Positions 44,508 through 54,839 of a stretch of 64,000 bases of DNA are shown in pieces. The stretch covers positions 320,001-384,000 of the forward strand of contig CBDCTJ010000007.1 in the NCBI GenBank assembly GCA_965222115.1. The letters run 5' to 3'. The translations under genes were made by a program, and so were the position numbers. The DNA comes from Planctomycetota bacterium. Its GTDB lineage: Bacteria; Planctomycetota; PLA2; JAEUHO01. The notes beneath the pieces are model-generated. The model was given only the letters and a program-made list of their open reading frames with translations, had not been told where the DNA came from and ran no database searches. Each line of letters starts with the position of its first letter. Position 1 is the stretch's first letter.

Positions 44508-44664
44508 TGTGTCCCTCAACGAGTTTCTGTCCGGTTGAGGACCTGAAATAGGGGTTGATAACGGCCTCTCCCATTCGCTGCATAGGTGCGGCAGAAAGGG
44601 AGAGCGATGAGCGAGAAACAGAGGTCAGATCGAGGATCGTCAGGCAAGGGGCGCGACGGGGCCC
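44508..44664 (+). mobile_element. IS left-end remnant (TG-initiated, IS3/IS481-like) with the start of a transposase ORF
   Basis: Begins TGTGTCCCTCAACGA, then AGGGAG RBS and ATGAGCGAGAAACAG... (MSEKQRSDRGSSGKGRDG). Cut off where IS110 sequence begins (GGGCCC). Confidence 0.55.
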
Positions 44665-45462
44665 ACTGGAATACTCCGATACCGACAGGCCGAGGTAGTC
44701 CATCAGTGCTCTTGGGCTCGAGAATCGTTTCACATCGATCACTTCTACGAGAAATGTCATAGCCGTAAGTGTCTTTACGCCGCGGAAACACGTGAGCCGA
44801 CCTACGGCTTCTCGGTATCGATCACTCTCGGCAACTCGCTCGATCCTGTTTTCAATCTCACTGAACTGCGAGAATTTGATCTGAAGCAGCGCGATGTGGT
44901 TGTTCAAGACGAACTGATCGTGGTGTTCAAGCTCTATGCCACGAAGCCACATCCAGAATGCGGCAGTCCAGTTCCTTTTCAATCCATACTTGAGTCCATG
45001 CCGATCGAGCAGCTTCAAAATCATCTGTTTGGACCGATGGATCTCCCGTCGAAATTGTTCACGACAACGAACCAGATTGCGGACACTTTCTTCTTCTTCG
45101 GTAGGAATGTGAATCGCCGTAAGGAGTCCCGCGCGGAGGTCAAATGCCAACCTTTCTGCATCTCGTCGATCGGTCTTCACTCGATCTCCGGGACGCTTCG
45201 GTGCAAGCGATGGCGCAATCACAACACATTGGTGGCCCCACGATTGCATGAGCCGATGCAGCACATATCCGGAACCACTAGCTTCGTAGCAGGAGATAAT
45301 CGGACCGCGTTTCGCAATCTGAGCAATAGCACGTCGCAATGGCGCGTGCTCATTGGGAACGCGGATGACGCCTTCACACGAACCCGAATCCTCCGGAAGA
45401 ATCGCAATCACCGCCTCTCTCTTATGAAGGTCGATTCCTAAGAATTGAGTAGTCTGGCTCAT
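44660..45462 (-). pseudogene. IS110-family transposase/recombinase, C-terminally truncated
   Basis: FLGIDLHK, CYEASG, RVKTDRRDA (DEDD RuvC-like domain), RGV...TA, YLGL..SEYSSG. The expected downstream ITK.GN..LR segment is missing and the frame continues in unrelated sequence. Confidence 0.9.
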
Positions 45463-45600
45463 GGCTGGGCTCCTGTTGACGGACAAGTTCGATACTTGTT
45501 TTCGGGATAGGGTTCGACAATTCTTGCCGAATCAACCCCAGATGCCAAGGAGCTCAGCCTTTACCTCTCCAGCTGCGCTACTAGGGCACGGCCATCTTGT

Positions 45601-45700
45601 CTACAGGGCGGGCCATTGAGGAGGGGACGCGAACCCAGGGTTTCGCGCCGCTGCGCTTGCGCTACACCCTGGGCTATTGACCCGTGGCCCCTAAGGGGCC
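45601..45700. repeat. REP-like extragenic palindromic element
   Basis: CCCAGGGT...ACCCTGGG long hairpin, then GGCCCCT-A-AGGGGCC hairpin; a half-site TACAGGGC lies at the IS110 boundary. Confidence 0.65.
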
Positions 45701-46084
45701 GTTGACATAGTTGTGGTGCGCAATTGGCGATAGCGATTGCTTACGTGTCGCAGTGTGACGATGCGTAGCTTCACATCAGACTCGGGAAAACTCTGGCGAA
45801 AGAACAGTTCAAGCTGCGTCCTGCCACCACATACGCACGCCTCCTCAAGATTCAGCCACCAACGCTTGCGCCTTCGTTGCTTTGTTCCTTAGCGTGCCCA
45901 TTCAAACAACGCACCGCTTGCAGCCCATTCCCCATCATCACCATGCGCATTCTGCAGCGCTTGCGCCCCTCAAATGCCGCCATGGAACGCAGCGTCCACA
46001 TACCGGGCCGCGCTTGATGGTCTTCGTGCCCTTGGTGAGAGCCTCTTCTTCAAGCGGCGCTCCACCACGGAACGCGCACGCTCC

Positions 46085-47287
46085 CTAGGAACCACCCCGC
46101 AACGCCGCATAACGCTTCACAAATTCCGGACCCAGCGCCAGAGGCGCTTCTTCGTTCGCGCCTTCTTGGAGCTCGGGGCGAATGCCGTCCACGAAGAACA
46201 TTTCCATTTCGCCTTTGCCTTTGACTTCCATACGACCACGCGGGCGACCGGTGAAGAAGGATTCGACTTGTTCCCAGGTAGCGGCACTGATGTTGATTTC
46301 GTCGGCGTCGCAGGACGATTCCATACGGCTGGCGGTGTTTACGGTGTCGCCAAAGAGGTCGTAGTTGTACTTGAAGCCTTCGCGGCCCAAGACGCCCGCG
46401 GTGACGGGCCCCGTGTGCATGCCAATACGTGTGGACCAACATAGTTCGCCACGCGCGGAACGCTCTTTGCGACGAGCGCGCATGAACTCACGAATGCGCA
46501 GGGCACCGAGTACGGCGTCCACAGCGTGGGTTCGTGTTTGCTGCGGAACGCCACCGCACGCCATATAGGCATCTCCAATGGTGTGAATCTTACGCAACTT
46601 GGGCGCGCCGCGCTCTTCATCGGGCAGCCACGAGTTCATCGACTCCAAGATGCGATCAAACTCGGAGAAACACGTGTCGAGTTCGAGCACAAGATCACCC
46701 GGGCGATCGGCCATACTGTCGGCCGACTTGGTGAACCCCATGAAATCGGTAAACATCACCGTGGCGGACGGAAAGTGAATCGGATCCGGTGAGCCGCCGT
46801 CAATGACTTGCTCGGCCACCTCTTGCGGAAAGATACTGTAAAGCACTTCTTGATAACGCCGCGTGACATGGGCTTTACGTACCGACGCGTTTACTCGCGC
46901 AATAAGCGAGGCCTCTTCCACGGGCTTTTGTAGATAGTCTTCCGCTTCGTGTTCGATGGCGCGCACAACAAAGTCCATACCCTGATGACTGCTGGCCATG
47001 ACCACCGGGATGTGGCGTATGAAGCGATACGCCTTGTCGCGCTTGATGGTTGCCAATATCTCGAAACCTTCGTTGTCGGTCACCATCGACACGTCGAGAA
47101 TGATGAGGTCGATGCGACTCCAGTCGCGTTGTTCGCACATATCGGCAAGAATCGCCAACGCTTCTTGGCCGCCCGGCGCCGCAATCACGTTGTACCCGTG
47201 GCTCTCAAGCAGTTCACCCAGCAGCTCGCGGTCCAGTTCCGAGTCGTCGACGACCAAGACCGTGGATTTCTTCTCGGCCGCACTCAT
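46085..47287 (-). CDS. Response-regulator receiver fused to a class III nucleotidyl cyclase
   Basis: REC: VLVVDD, LIILD, DYLQKP. Cyclase: [53 protein letters not shown]. Confidence 0.93.
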   Translation of the reverse strand: MSAAEKKSTVLVVDDSELDRELLGELLESHGYNVIAAPGGQEALAILADMCEQRDWSRIDLIILDVSMVTDNEGFEILATIKRDKAYRFIRHIPVVMASSHQGMDFVVRAIEHEAEDYLQKPVEEASLIARVNASVRKAHVTRRYQEVLYSIFPQEVAEQVIDGGSPDPIHFPSATVMFTDFMGFTKSADSMADRPGDLVLELDTCFSEFDRILESMNSWLPDEERGAPKLRKIHTIGDAYMACGGVPQQTRTHAVDAVLGALRIREFMRARRKERSARGELCWSTRIGMHTGPVTAGVLGREGFKYNYDLFGDTVNTASRMESSCDADEINISAATWEQVESFFTGRPRGRMEVKGKGEMEMFFVDGIRPELQEGANEEAPLALGPEFVKRYAALRGGS

Positions 47288-47694
47288 GAGGCCCCCTCAC
47301 GTGACTCAGCATCTTGCGCCGCGAAACGCGCTTCAATCTTTTCAATCAATCGGTCGCCATCCACGGGTTTGATTTCATAGTCGTCGCATCCGCTTTCAAA
47401 AGCCGCGGTGCGGTCAACATCGCGCGCACCGGTCGTCAAGATGATGATGGGAATGTTGCTTGTGGCGGGGCTCGTCTTGAGTATGCGCGTGGCTTCATTG
47501 CCATCCATGATGGGCATGCGCACATCCATGAGAATCAAGTCGGGCGGATCTTCGGTGGCCATCGTGACGGCTTCTTGCCCATTGACCGCCTGCGTCACGT
47601 CGTAGTCAAAGAGTTCCAGGTACTCCGACATCAACGAACGCTGGTCGGGATCGTCATCGGCCACGAGAATGCGGCGAGGCGTATCGTCACTCAC
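47284..47694 (-). CDS. Single-domain response regulator (DivK/CheY-like)
   Basis: [26 protein letters not shown]; 4-bp overlaps with both neighbours. Confidence 0.93.
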   Translation of the reverse strand: MSDDTPRRILVADDDPDQRSLMSEYLELFDYDVTQAVNGQEAVTMATEDPPDLILMDVRMPIMDGNEATRILKTSPATSNIPIIILTTGARDVDRTAAFESGCDDYEIKPVDGDRLIEKIEARFAAQDAESREGAS

Positions 47695-50600
47695 GCGCCG
47701 GCCTCCTCATGCCGCCGATAGTAACCACCGAGCGCCACGCGCACGGCGTCCATGAGATCGGCAGCCTCGGCAAGCTCCTTTTTCAAGACACGGGTAACGC
47801 GACGCTGCAAGCGCTCGATGTCGGCTTCAACCAAGTCCAATCCTGTCACGACAAGCACCGGAATCTCACGCCACGAAGGATTCTCACCAAACGCGTCCAG
47901 GAATTCGTAGCCGTTCATTTCGGGCATTTCAATATCAAGAATAATGAGCGCGGCGGGGCTTTCATGCAACCGCGCCAAAGCATCCTTTCCGTTGACCGCT
48001 TCGCGCACGCGGTACCCGGCAGTTTCTACAGCCTCGCGGAAGGACGCTCGGATGGACGCGTCGTCGTCTACGATCAAAATGTCGTGGACCGCGGCTTCGG
48101 CGCAGTGCTTTCGGACCGCGGCAATCAGCGCTTCGGTATCAAATGGCTTGGTGATGTAGTCGATGGCGCCGAGCTCATACCCCCGACGTCGATCCTCAAT
48201 GATGGACAAGAGAATGGTGGGAATGCCAGCCAAGTCGGGACGCTGCTTGATCTGACGTAGGAACTCCCAGCCATCCATGCCGCGCATCACAATGTCGAGC
48301 GTGATCACGTGCGGGCGAATCTTCTCGGCAAGACGCAACCCCTCTTCACCCGTTTCAGCAGTCTCAACGTGAATGCCTTCTTGTTCCAACGACTCGCGAA
48401 TGAGTGCGCGTAGACGAGGATCGTCATCCACCACCAGCACGGTGTAGCTACCGGCTGATTCGGAAGGGTTCGCGTCGGTGGATGCAATCACGGGCACCGC
48501 AACGTCGGTCGAAGGCGCGGTTGCCTGTTCGGTAGCGGTTGGCAAACGAACCACGAAGGCGGAGCCTTCCCCGACTTCGCTTTCTGCGTGGATGCTGCCG
48601 TTCATGGCAATGCAGAGGCGCTGCGTAATTGCCAGCCCCAACCCCGCGCCGCCAAACTTCTTACGATTCTCGCGGTCTTCCTTGGTTTGACCGTAGGCCT
48701 GGAACAGACCAGCGAGCTGATCGCCTGTCATACCCTTGCCCGAGTCTTCCACACGGAACTCAATCTCGCCATCCGAAGCCGAACGATCCACAACGCGCAC
48801 GCGAATCTCGCCGTTCTCGGTGAACTTCTCGGCATTGGTCAGGAGGTTGACCAATACGCGTACAAGATGATCCTTTACGGCAAATACGGGTGCTGCCGTA
48901 TCGGGTAACGCCACGCTTAACGTGTTGCCCTGCGCGGTCGTCAAGTCTTCACTCATCGCCGCAGCGCGCACCGCTTCGTGCACCACCTTGAGCGTGTCGA
49001 GCGGCACGAAGTTGCGATCCAACTTGCCCGCTTCAATGCGCGACAAGTCCAAAATCGCCGTAAGCAACCGGCCCTGATGATCGACAGCACCGCGTATCAT
49101 CTCGCATTTGTCGATGACCTGTTCAGGGGTATAGGTCTTGGCTTTTTTGATGAGCAGGGAGGCGGCCATTTTCATGGGCACGAGCGGCGCGCGAAGATCG
49201 TGCCCCATCTCCGCCACGTAATCTTTCATGGCACGGTTCGCGGTTACTGCGCGCTCATGGGCCTCACGCGCCTGGGCGGCCGAGCGCAACAGCTCTTCTT
49301 CCGTTGCCTTTTGCCTCGAAATGTCTCGCACCACGCCTGCATAAATGCGCCCTTCGGGAAGCACGACTTGACGAATGCCCAGCATGACCGGAAACACTTT
49401 GCCGCGTGCCGTCTTACCGCGAAGCTCCACGGCCTTACCCGACTTGGCGGCCTCTTCGACAAATTGCGGCAACTCGTTTTCAAGTTCCGGCAGCGCACCC
49501 TCAAAGATGAAGTCACCTACATAGCGTCCAGACGCTTCACCGCTACTTAGGCCAAACATGCGTTCGGCGGCCAGGTTGATGGACTCCACCCGGCCGTCGG
49601 GAAGAATGGTGATGACACCATCAAACACCGCATTTCGAATCGTACGTCCGCGCGCCACGAGCGCTTGTTGCGACGTTTGAATGCGCGACATCATTTGGTC
49701 GAGCGACTGTGCAAGCTTTCCGATCTCGGCGCCGGCGCCCACGGGCAATGCTTGACGTGTACCGTCTTCACTAAACGTAGCCGTGGCTTCCGTCATCTGC
49801 TCCACGGGTCGAATCAATTTACGCGACAACCAATAGAGCAACCCTGCGATAAGCGCCGACAAGAGACCCAACCCGAATGCCGTAACGAGCAACCGCCGAC
49901 CCAAATCGGCCAATGGCTTGGCCTCGGCACCGGCCAAGCCAACCCCCATAAATCGCGCTGCGGTGCTCTCGCGTGAGTCGTGCATGGGCACGGCTTGCAT
50001 GTACACCTGCTTGTCCGACTCGGGAATCCGCAACACCAGCGGCCCCGCCAGGCGTCGCGTCGGATCTTTGAAGTAGTGACCAATGGCCTTGCGCTGTGGA
50101 TCTTCCCAGGGCCGATCATTGAGCAACGTCAAATGGGCGTGCTCACCTTCTGCGCGTTCGAAACCGAACTCTCGGCTGGCATCGGGATGGGCCAGGAAGT
50201 ACCCGCGATCGTCCACAATGTAGAGTTCGTGCCCCGCGCGCTTGGCCTCCTCACGAATGCGAGCCCGCATGGGTTCGAACAAAACATTGATAATGACAAT
50301 GCCAAACAGGGCGCCGTAGGCGTTGTATACACGACCGGCTGCACGAATTACGGGCGGGCCCCGCTTGTTGTTGTCGACGTTGAGTTCAATGCGAGAGAGG
50401 TAGTACTCCTCGCCGTAGGGCTCCAAGGAATCGAAATCGACGATTTCGCGGAAGTACTCTCGATCGCCTTTTTGCGGCAACTCTGAATGGACAATACGGG
50501 GGGGACCCATCGTGCCGTCTTCGAGCGTCGGTCGCTCAACGCGAACAAGTTCTTGACCGCCCTCGGTAGAGAGAATGTAGCGGATCTGCAAATAGTCCTT

Positions 50601-50936
50601 GCGCGACGTGAGCAGTTGAAAAAACTCGCTCTGAATGTCTTGCAACTCGTCTTGGTAGGCGGGCGCGCCGGTTGTCTTTTCATCGCGCCGCGCGTAGAGC
50701 TCGCACAGTCCATTGACGGCACTGCTATTGGCCAAGACTTCGACGTCACCCCGCAACACGCCCATTTCGAACTGAAGACGGTCGCGCACCGCGGTGCATT
50801 CACGACCGAGCACCGTGTCGGCGCGGGCGCGAAGCTTCTTTACGCTTCCGCGAAGGACAAACAACGCCGTGAGCACGAGTCCAGCAAGCACCAGCACGGC
50901 AAGCGTACCCAGGCGTGCAATTGTACCAATGCGCAT
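47691..50936 (-). CDS. Hybrid sensor histidine kinase (periplasmic Cache-like, HAMP, PAS, HisKA, HATPase, two REC)
   Basis: Y.QIRYI...G.ELVRV and K..R.YF sensor motifs; N.AAERMFG PAS; HDLRAPL; [10 protein letters not shown]; DSGKG; GGAGLGL; two receiver domains. Confidence 0.93.
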   Translation of the reverse strand: MRIGTIARLGTLAVLVLAGLVLTALFVLRGSVKKLRARADTVLGRECTAVRDRLQFEMGVLRGDVEVLANSSAVNGLCELYARRDEKTTGAPAYQDELQDIQSEFFQLLTSRKDYLQIRYILSTEGGQELVRVERPTLEDGTMGPPRIVHSELPQKGDREYFREIVDFDSLEPYGEEYYLSRIELNVDNNKRGPPVIRAAGRVYNAYGALFGIVIINVLFEPMRARIREEAKRAGHELYIVDDRGYFLAHPDASREFGFERAEGEHAHLTLLNDRPWEDPQRKAIGHYFKDPTRRLAGPLVLRIPESDKQVYMQAVPMHDSRESTAARFMGVGLAGAEAKPLADLGRRLLVTAFGLGLLSALIAGLLYWLSRKLIRPVEQMTEATATFSEDGTRQALPVGAGAEIGKLAQSLDQMMSRIQTSQQALVARGRTIRNAVFDGVITILPDGRVESINLAAERMFGLSSGEASGRYVGDFIFEGALPELENELPQFVEEAAKSGKAVELRGKTARGKVFPVMLGIRQVVLPEGRIYAGVVRDISRQKATEEELLRSAAQAREAHERAVTANRAMKDYVAEMGHDLRAPLVPMKMAASLLIKKAKTYTPEQVIDKCEMIRGAVDHQGRLLTAILDLSRIEAGKLDRNFVPLDTLKVVHEAVRAAAMSEDLTTAQGNTLSVALPDTAAPVFAVKDHLVRVLVNLLTNAEKFTENGEIRVRVVDRSASDGEIEFRVEDSGKGMTGDQLAGLFQAYGQTKEDRENRKKFGGAGLGLAITQRLCIAMNGSIHAESEVGEGSAFVVRLPTATEQATAPSTDVAVPVIASTDANPSESAGSYTVLVVDDDPRLRALIRESLEQEGIHVETAETGEEGLRLAEKIRPHVITLDIVMRGMDGWEFLRQIKQRPDLAGIPTILLSIIEDRRRGYELGAIDYITKPFDTEALIAAVRKHCAEAAVHDILIVDDDASIRASFREAVETAGYRVREAVNGKDALARLHESPAALIILDIEMPEMNGYEFLDAFGENPSWREIPVLVVTGLDLVEADIERLQRRVTRVLKKELAEAADLMDAVRVALGGYYRRHEEAGA

Positions 50937-50972
50937 ACGTTCGTAAGTCCGTCCGGCCTTGTGGCGAAGCGG

Positions 50973-51482
50973 TTAGCGAGACCCGGTGCCGTTTGCGGCG
51001 GGCTCCTTCTTTGCGTTTTTGCCGGTGTAGGCCGCATGGAAATCGCGTATGGCCGTGTCCAACGTCTTGGCTTGCGTTGCGTCCACTGTTTGCTTGCACT
51101 TCATGGCCGCAACCAATACGCGGTGTGCCTTTGTGAGCTTGTCCACATACTGCGCTTGCGCATTGGCATCACCCGAAGCGGGCGCCTTAATGCGTTGCGT
51201 CATGAAGTAGCGCGCAATCGTGTCTTGAATGTCTTGCGCGTGCTTTTCTTTGGTCGTGATCCAACGCACGGTTTGATTCTTCGCCTGCGGCTCGGGCTTG
51301 CCACACATTTGGATGATTTTGTTCATCGCCTTCGTGATCGTGGCAGTGTCTTCGATCATGCGCTCAAATCGCAGTTGGTCGCCGTAGATGCCGCAAGGCA
51401 CTTCGCAATGCGCACCGGCACGGGTGCCAATCATGGGCAAGGCGAGCCCCACCACAAACAAGACCATAACGACACGACGCAT
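50973..51482 (-). CDS. sodN: Nickel superoxide dismutase precursor
   Basis: Ni-hook HCEVPCGIY after a Sec-type leader ending AGA; NQ..RW...KE.HA and MKCKQ motifs. Confidence 0.92.
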   Translation of the reverse strand: MRRVVMVLFVVGLALPMIGTRAGAHCEVPCGIYGDQLRFERMIEDTATITKAMNKIIQMCGKPEPQAKNQTVRWITTKEKHAQDIQDTIARYFMTQRIKAPASGDANAQAQYVDKLTKAHRVLVAAMKCKQTVDATQAKTLDTAIRDFHAAYTGKNAKKEPAANGTGSR

Positions 51483-51759
51483 AGAAAGACCTCCGAACGG
51501 CACTCTGCCGCCCCTGATTATGCCTGAACGGGGCGCGACTACGAACACCGTCCTGACGACGTTTATGTTCACCCGAGACGACGCGATTTGGGACGAGTTT
51601 GTGCGCGGGGCAACGCGTTTGGATGCCGCGCCTAACAGTACCCATGCGAATCTTCATTATTGCCCTCTCCGCCTTGTGGGCTCCCCCAAACAGCGCCGAT
51701 TTCGTGCTTGTGGGCCTCGCGGGACACCACACGTCACGTCCAAACCACTAGGAGTTCGC

Positions 51760-54144
51760 ATGCGCACGGCACGCACCGTCTCAAGCACCCTGGCTACGAT
51801 CCTCTTGATTCTCGCCCTTGGCGCAATCCCGGGCTGTGGCCGCGAGTCGTATTTCTCCAATGCGCCGGGCTATGGCCGCTTTAGCCCTCCACCGATATTG
51901 CTTGCCAATGGCTTGGCGACGGACTTTCCCGACCTGCTCGCGCAGCTTGGCGGCACACCCGGCACGGTGGAACTCACCTTCACCGCGCCGGACTACATCG
52001 ACGCCACAGCGCAGTACGAAGTTTATGTGGATGTTCCGCACCTCAACCCGGACATGACGTCGCGCAACTACACGGGCAATCGCACGCCCGTCGCGCTGCT
52101 TGACGCAGTCGCTGCTGCCGGCACTGCCGAGTTGCTGACAATCGACACCTTCACGTTTGAACCGGGTCAGACGTATCAGTTTGCGGTGCGCGCCGTTCGT
52201 GGCACCGAGATGGGCGCGTTTTCTCACTCGTTGGGCTTGCGTGTTCCGGATGCCGCGCCGCCCGCGCCGCCTGCAGGGGCTATTCTGGTGTCGGCGCCGG
52301 GACTCTTGGACCAAGACGGTGCGACGTATGTGTTGACCGGCGACATTGTGGCCGACGGCACGGCCTTCACGATTACGGGACGCGACATTACGCTTGACCT
52401 TGCGGGCTTTGACATCACGTATGGCGGTCTCGGCGATGACAACACGCCAGGCATCTATTCGGAGTTTCTATACGACACCGGATCTACGCGCATTACAAAC
52501 GGCACGATTACTCAGTCCGCGAGCGCAGGGGGCAACGGCGCCGGCATTGAGTTCCGCGGCGGCCACGACCTCGAGTTTGACCACCTCACAATCACGACCC
52601 AAGGTGACGACGCCCATGGCATCATTGCGTGGGACTCGCCAACGGGGAATGTGCGCGTCCATCACTGTGACATAGCTGTAAACACAACGGTCGTGTCCAA
52701 TCGAAGCTACCCAGGCGTGGCCGGCATTTGGTTGGGCGGTGTTGAGCAGTCGTGCGAAGTGGATCACAACCGCATCACAAAGTCGCCACAATGGGGTATC
52801 AAGGTGCAGGGGCAGACCACCAACGGTTACTTTTGGATTCACCACAACCTCGTCGAGGGCACCGAAACGGTGGTGGCCAATGGCTACATGATTGGCGTGC
52901 ATAAGCCCATGGCCGACGTTTTCGAAAACACGCTTCGCGGCGCATCACGCGGCATTCACGTAGACGGCCAAGACAATTTCGGCAACGACGCGTTGGTACA
53001 CGACAACCACGTGGAGGCGCAGGATCAACTCAATCCCGAATTCCCGACCTACCACTGGACGCACGGGATCAAGCTTGAGACGGCCCGTCGTGCAAACGTG
53101 TACAACAACCACGTGCGCGCTATGGCCGATGTGGATCACGCTGAGGCCATCGCGCTCGACATCTCTACACCTGAAGCGTTGGATGCACGAGTCATGCACA
53201 ACGTGTTTACGTCGGTATCCGATACGGACGTCTACTTGGCCAAGGGGCTCAGCTGGTCGGGCGGCCCCTCCGGCACCAATCCAGACGTTGTGTTGATCCA
53301 AAACGTCTTTACGGCTACCGACCGCCTCGTTCATCACGACTGGGATGCACAACAAGGGCCTGCGCTGCAGGAGAACTATTGGATGCGCGACTTGAGTAAG
53401 GGGGCGGGCAGTCCATTTCTCTTCGAACACTTCGCCATCAGTGACATGTTGCCAAGCTTTGGCACCATCTTGTCCAACTCGCTGACGTCCGAAGACATCA
53501 ACAACACCGACAACTGGGCGGGCGCATCTCCGTACCAATCGGATCGTCGCGCGGTATTGCGCATACGCGTGCTCGATGGCACGGGCGCGGCCCTGGAGGG
53601 CGCCACCGTGGCGATCGAGAACGCTGCATCCACGCCGGTTGCATCCGGCGCCACCAACGACGAAGGATTCTTTGATGCCGACATCCGTTTCGCAACCGCA
53701 ACCTTTGGCCCAACGATTTCAAACGACGGCCCCTTTGTCGTCATGGTTACGCATCCCACGGAAGGCTCACACAACGCCACGGCAACCGTTACAGGCCCCT
53801 CGGCCTTGGTCGTGACCCTTGGCGCTACGCCGAGCGACACAACCGACGGCACGCCACCATCCCCACCCGCTTCGGTTACGCCGCAAGCGCTCAGTTCACG
53901 GCGCATCGTTGTGCGCTGGCCAGCCGCCGACGATGGCATGGACGGATCGGGCGTCGTTCACTACGTGGTGTACGCCGATGGCACACCGGTGGGTGTTACG
54001 CGCGATCGGGAACTGGTGCTCGGCGGATTGGAACCGGCGACGAGCTACAACATCCATGTGGTGGCGCGTGACGCGGCGGGCAATGAGAGTGCCACGACGC
54101 CCATCGCGGCAGTCTCGACGGGCGCTGAAGACGCCGGACCGTAA
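51760..54144 (+). CDS. Lipoprotein with right-handed parallel beta-helix and fibronectin type III domains
   Basis: GGAG RBS, lipobox IPGC, YVLTGDI...TAFTI...ITLDL.G beta-helix cap, repeated GI/N ladders, C-terminal FN3 (W..A.D..GV..Y, GLEPATSY...V.ARDAAGNES). Confidence 0.85.
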   Translation: MRTARTVSSTLATILLILALGAIPGCGRESYFSNAPGYGRFSPPPILLANGLATDFPDLLAQLGGTPGTVELTFTAPDYIDATAQYEVYVDVPHLNPDMTSRNYTGNRTPVALLDAVAAAGTAELLTIDTFTFEPGQTYQFAVRAVRGTEMGAFSHSLGLRVPDAAPPAPPAGAILVSAPGLLDQDGATYVLTGDIVADGTAFTITGRDITLDLAGFDITYGGLGDDNTPGIYSEFLYDTGSTRITNGTITQSASAGGNGAGIEFRGGHDLEFDHLTITTQGDDAHGIIAWDSPTGNVRVHHCDIAVNTTVVSNRSYPGVAGIWLGGVEQSCEVDHNRITKSPQWGIKVQGQTTNGYFWIHHNLVEGTETVVANGYMIGVHKPMADVFENTLRGASRGIHVDGQDNFGNDALVHDNHVEAQDQLNPEFPTYHWTHGIKLETARRANVYNNHVRAMADVDHAEAIALDISTPEALDARVMHNVFTSVSDTDVYLAKGLSWSGGPSGTNPDVVLIQNVFTATDRLVHHDWDAQQGPALQENYWMRDLSKGAGSPFLFEHFAISDMLPSFGTILSNSLTSEDINNTDNWAGASPYQSDRRAVLRIRVLDGTGAALEGATVAIENAASTPVASGATNDEGFFDADIRFATATFGPTISNDGPFVVMVTHPTEGSHNATATVTGPSALVVTLGATPSDTTDGTPPSPPASVTPQALSSRRIVVRWPAADDGMDGSGVVHYVVYADGTPVGVTRDRELVLGGLEPATSYNIHVVARDAAGNESATTPIAAVSTGAEDAGP

Positions 54145-54156
54145 AGAGCAAAAGCG

Positions 54157-54753
54157 CTAACCCGGACTGCTTAACCGCCGAACAACTTGAAGAAGCTCGT
54201 TCACCACGTGCGTAAGCGCGGCGCGCGAGCGTTCATCGACCAACGCACCCTCGTCATCGAAGGCCTTGTGGGCGCCACCCAACGCGTACTGCGCAGGCAG
54301 GACGATAGCGCCCACACCGGATAACACATCGCGTAGATGCGCGAGACCCCGCAGCCCCCCGAGCCCGCCCGGGGATGCACTCACGATGGAGACAACTTTT
54401 CCAGCAAACGCCGCAATCTGTCGCGGTGGATCCCCCTCCTCGGCACGGGACACCCAATCGATGGTGTTCTTGAGTAACGCGGTGAGCGACCCGTTGTATT
54501 CGGGCGAAGCAATCAACAAGCCGTCGGCCGCCTTCATCGCGGATTTAAGTGCGCTCGCTGCAGGGGGTATGCCTTCGCGCGCCTCCAGGTCTTGATGAAA
54601 GATGGGCAACCCAAGTTCGCCCAACTCCACAACGTCAACCTGCGCGCCTTCGCGCTCTATGAGTCCTTTCGCGACAGCAAGCAACCTGCGATTAAATGAT
54701 CCTTCACGGGCACTACCCGCGAACATAAGGATGGTGGGCGGATTCTCTGGCAT
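54157..54753 (-). CDS. NAD(P)H-dependent FMN reductase (ChrR/SsuE family)
   Basis: GSAREGSFN, ASPEYNGS, LKN.IDW.SR, ASPG.LGG.RG; AGGAGG RBS. Confidence 0.93.
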   Translation of the reverse strand: MPENPPTILMFAGSAREGSFNRRLLAVAKGLIEREGAQVDVVELGELGLPIFHQDLEAREGIPPAASALKSAMKAADGLLIASPEYNGSLTALLKNTIDWVSRAEEGDPPRQIAAFAGKVVSIVSASPGGLGGLRGLAHLRDVLSGVGAIVLPAQYALGGAHKAFDDEGALVDERSRAALTHVVNELLQVVRRLSSPG

Positions 54754-54839
54754 GGTGCCTCCTATCGTGTCATCGTGCCGGAGCGCATGACGCCGCGCAA
54801 CTACTGCGACACCCAAACAACCTCATCTAGAGTGCGCCT

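Noticed and set aside
44272-45486. Intact 404-aa IS110 transposase
   Set aside because: Similarity ends at SEYSSG (~44660). The rest is read-through across another IS end and the Rhs gene in a different frame.
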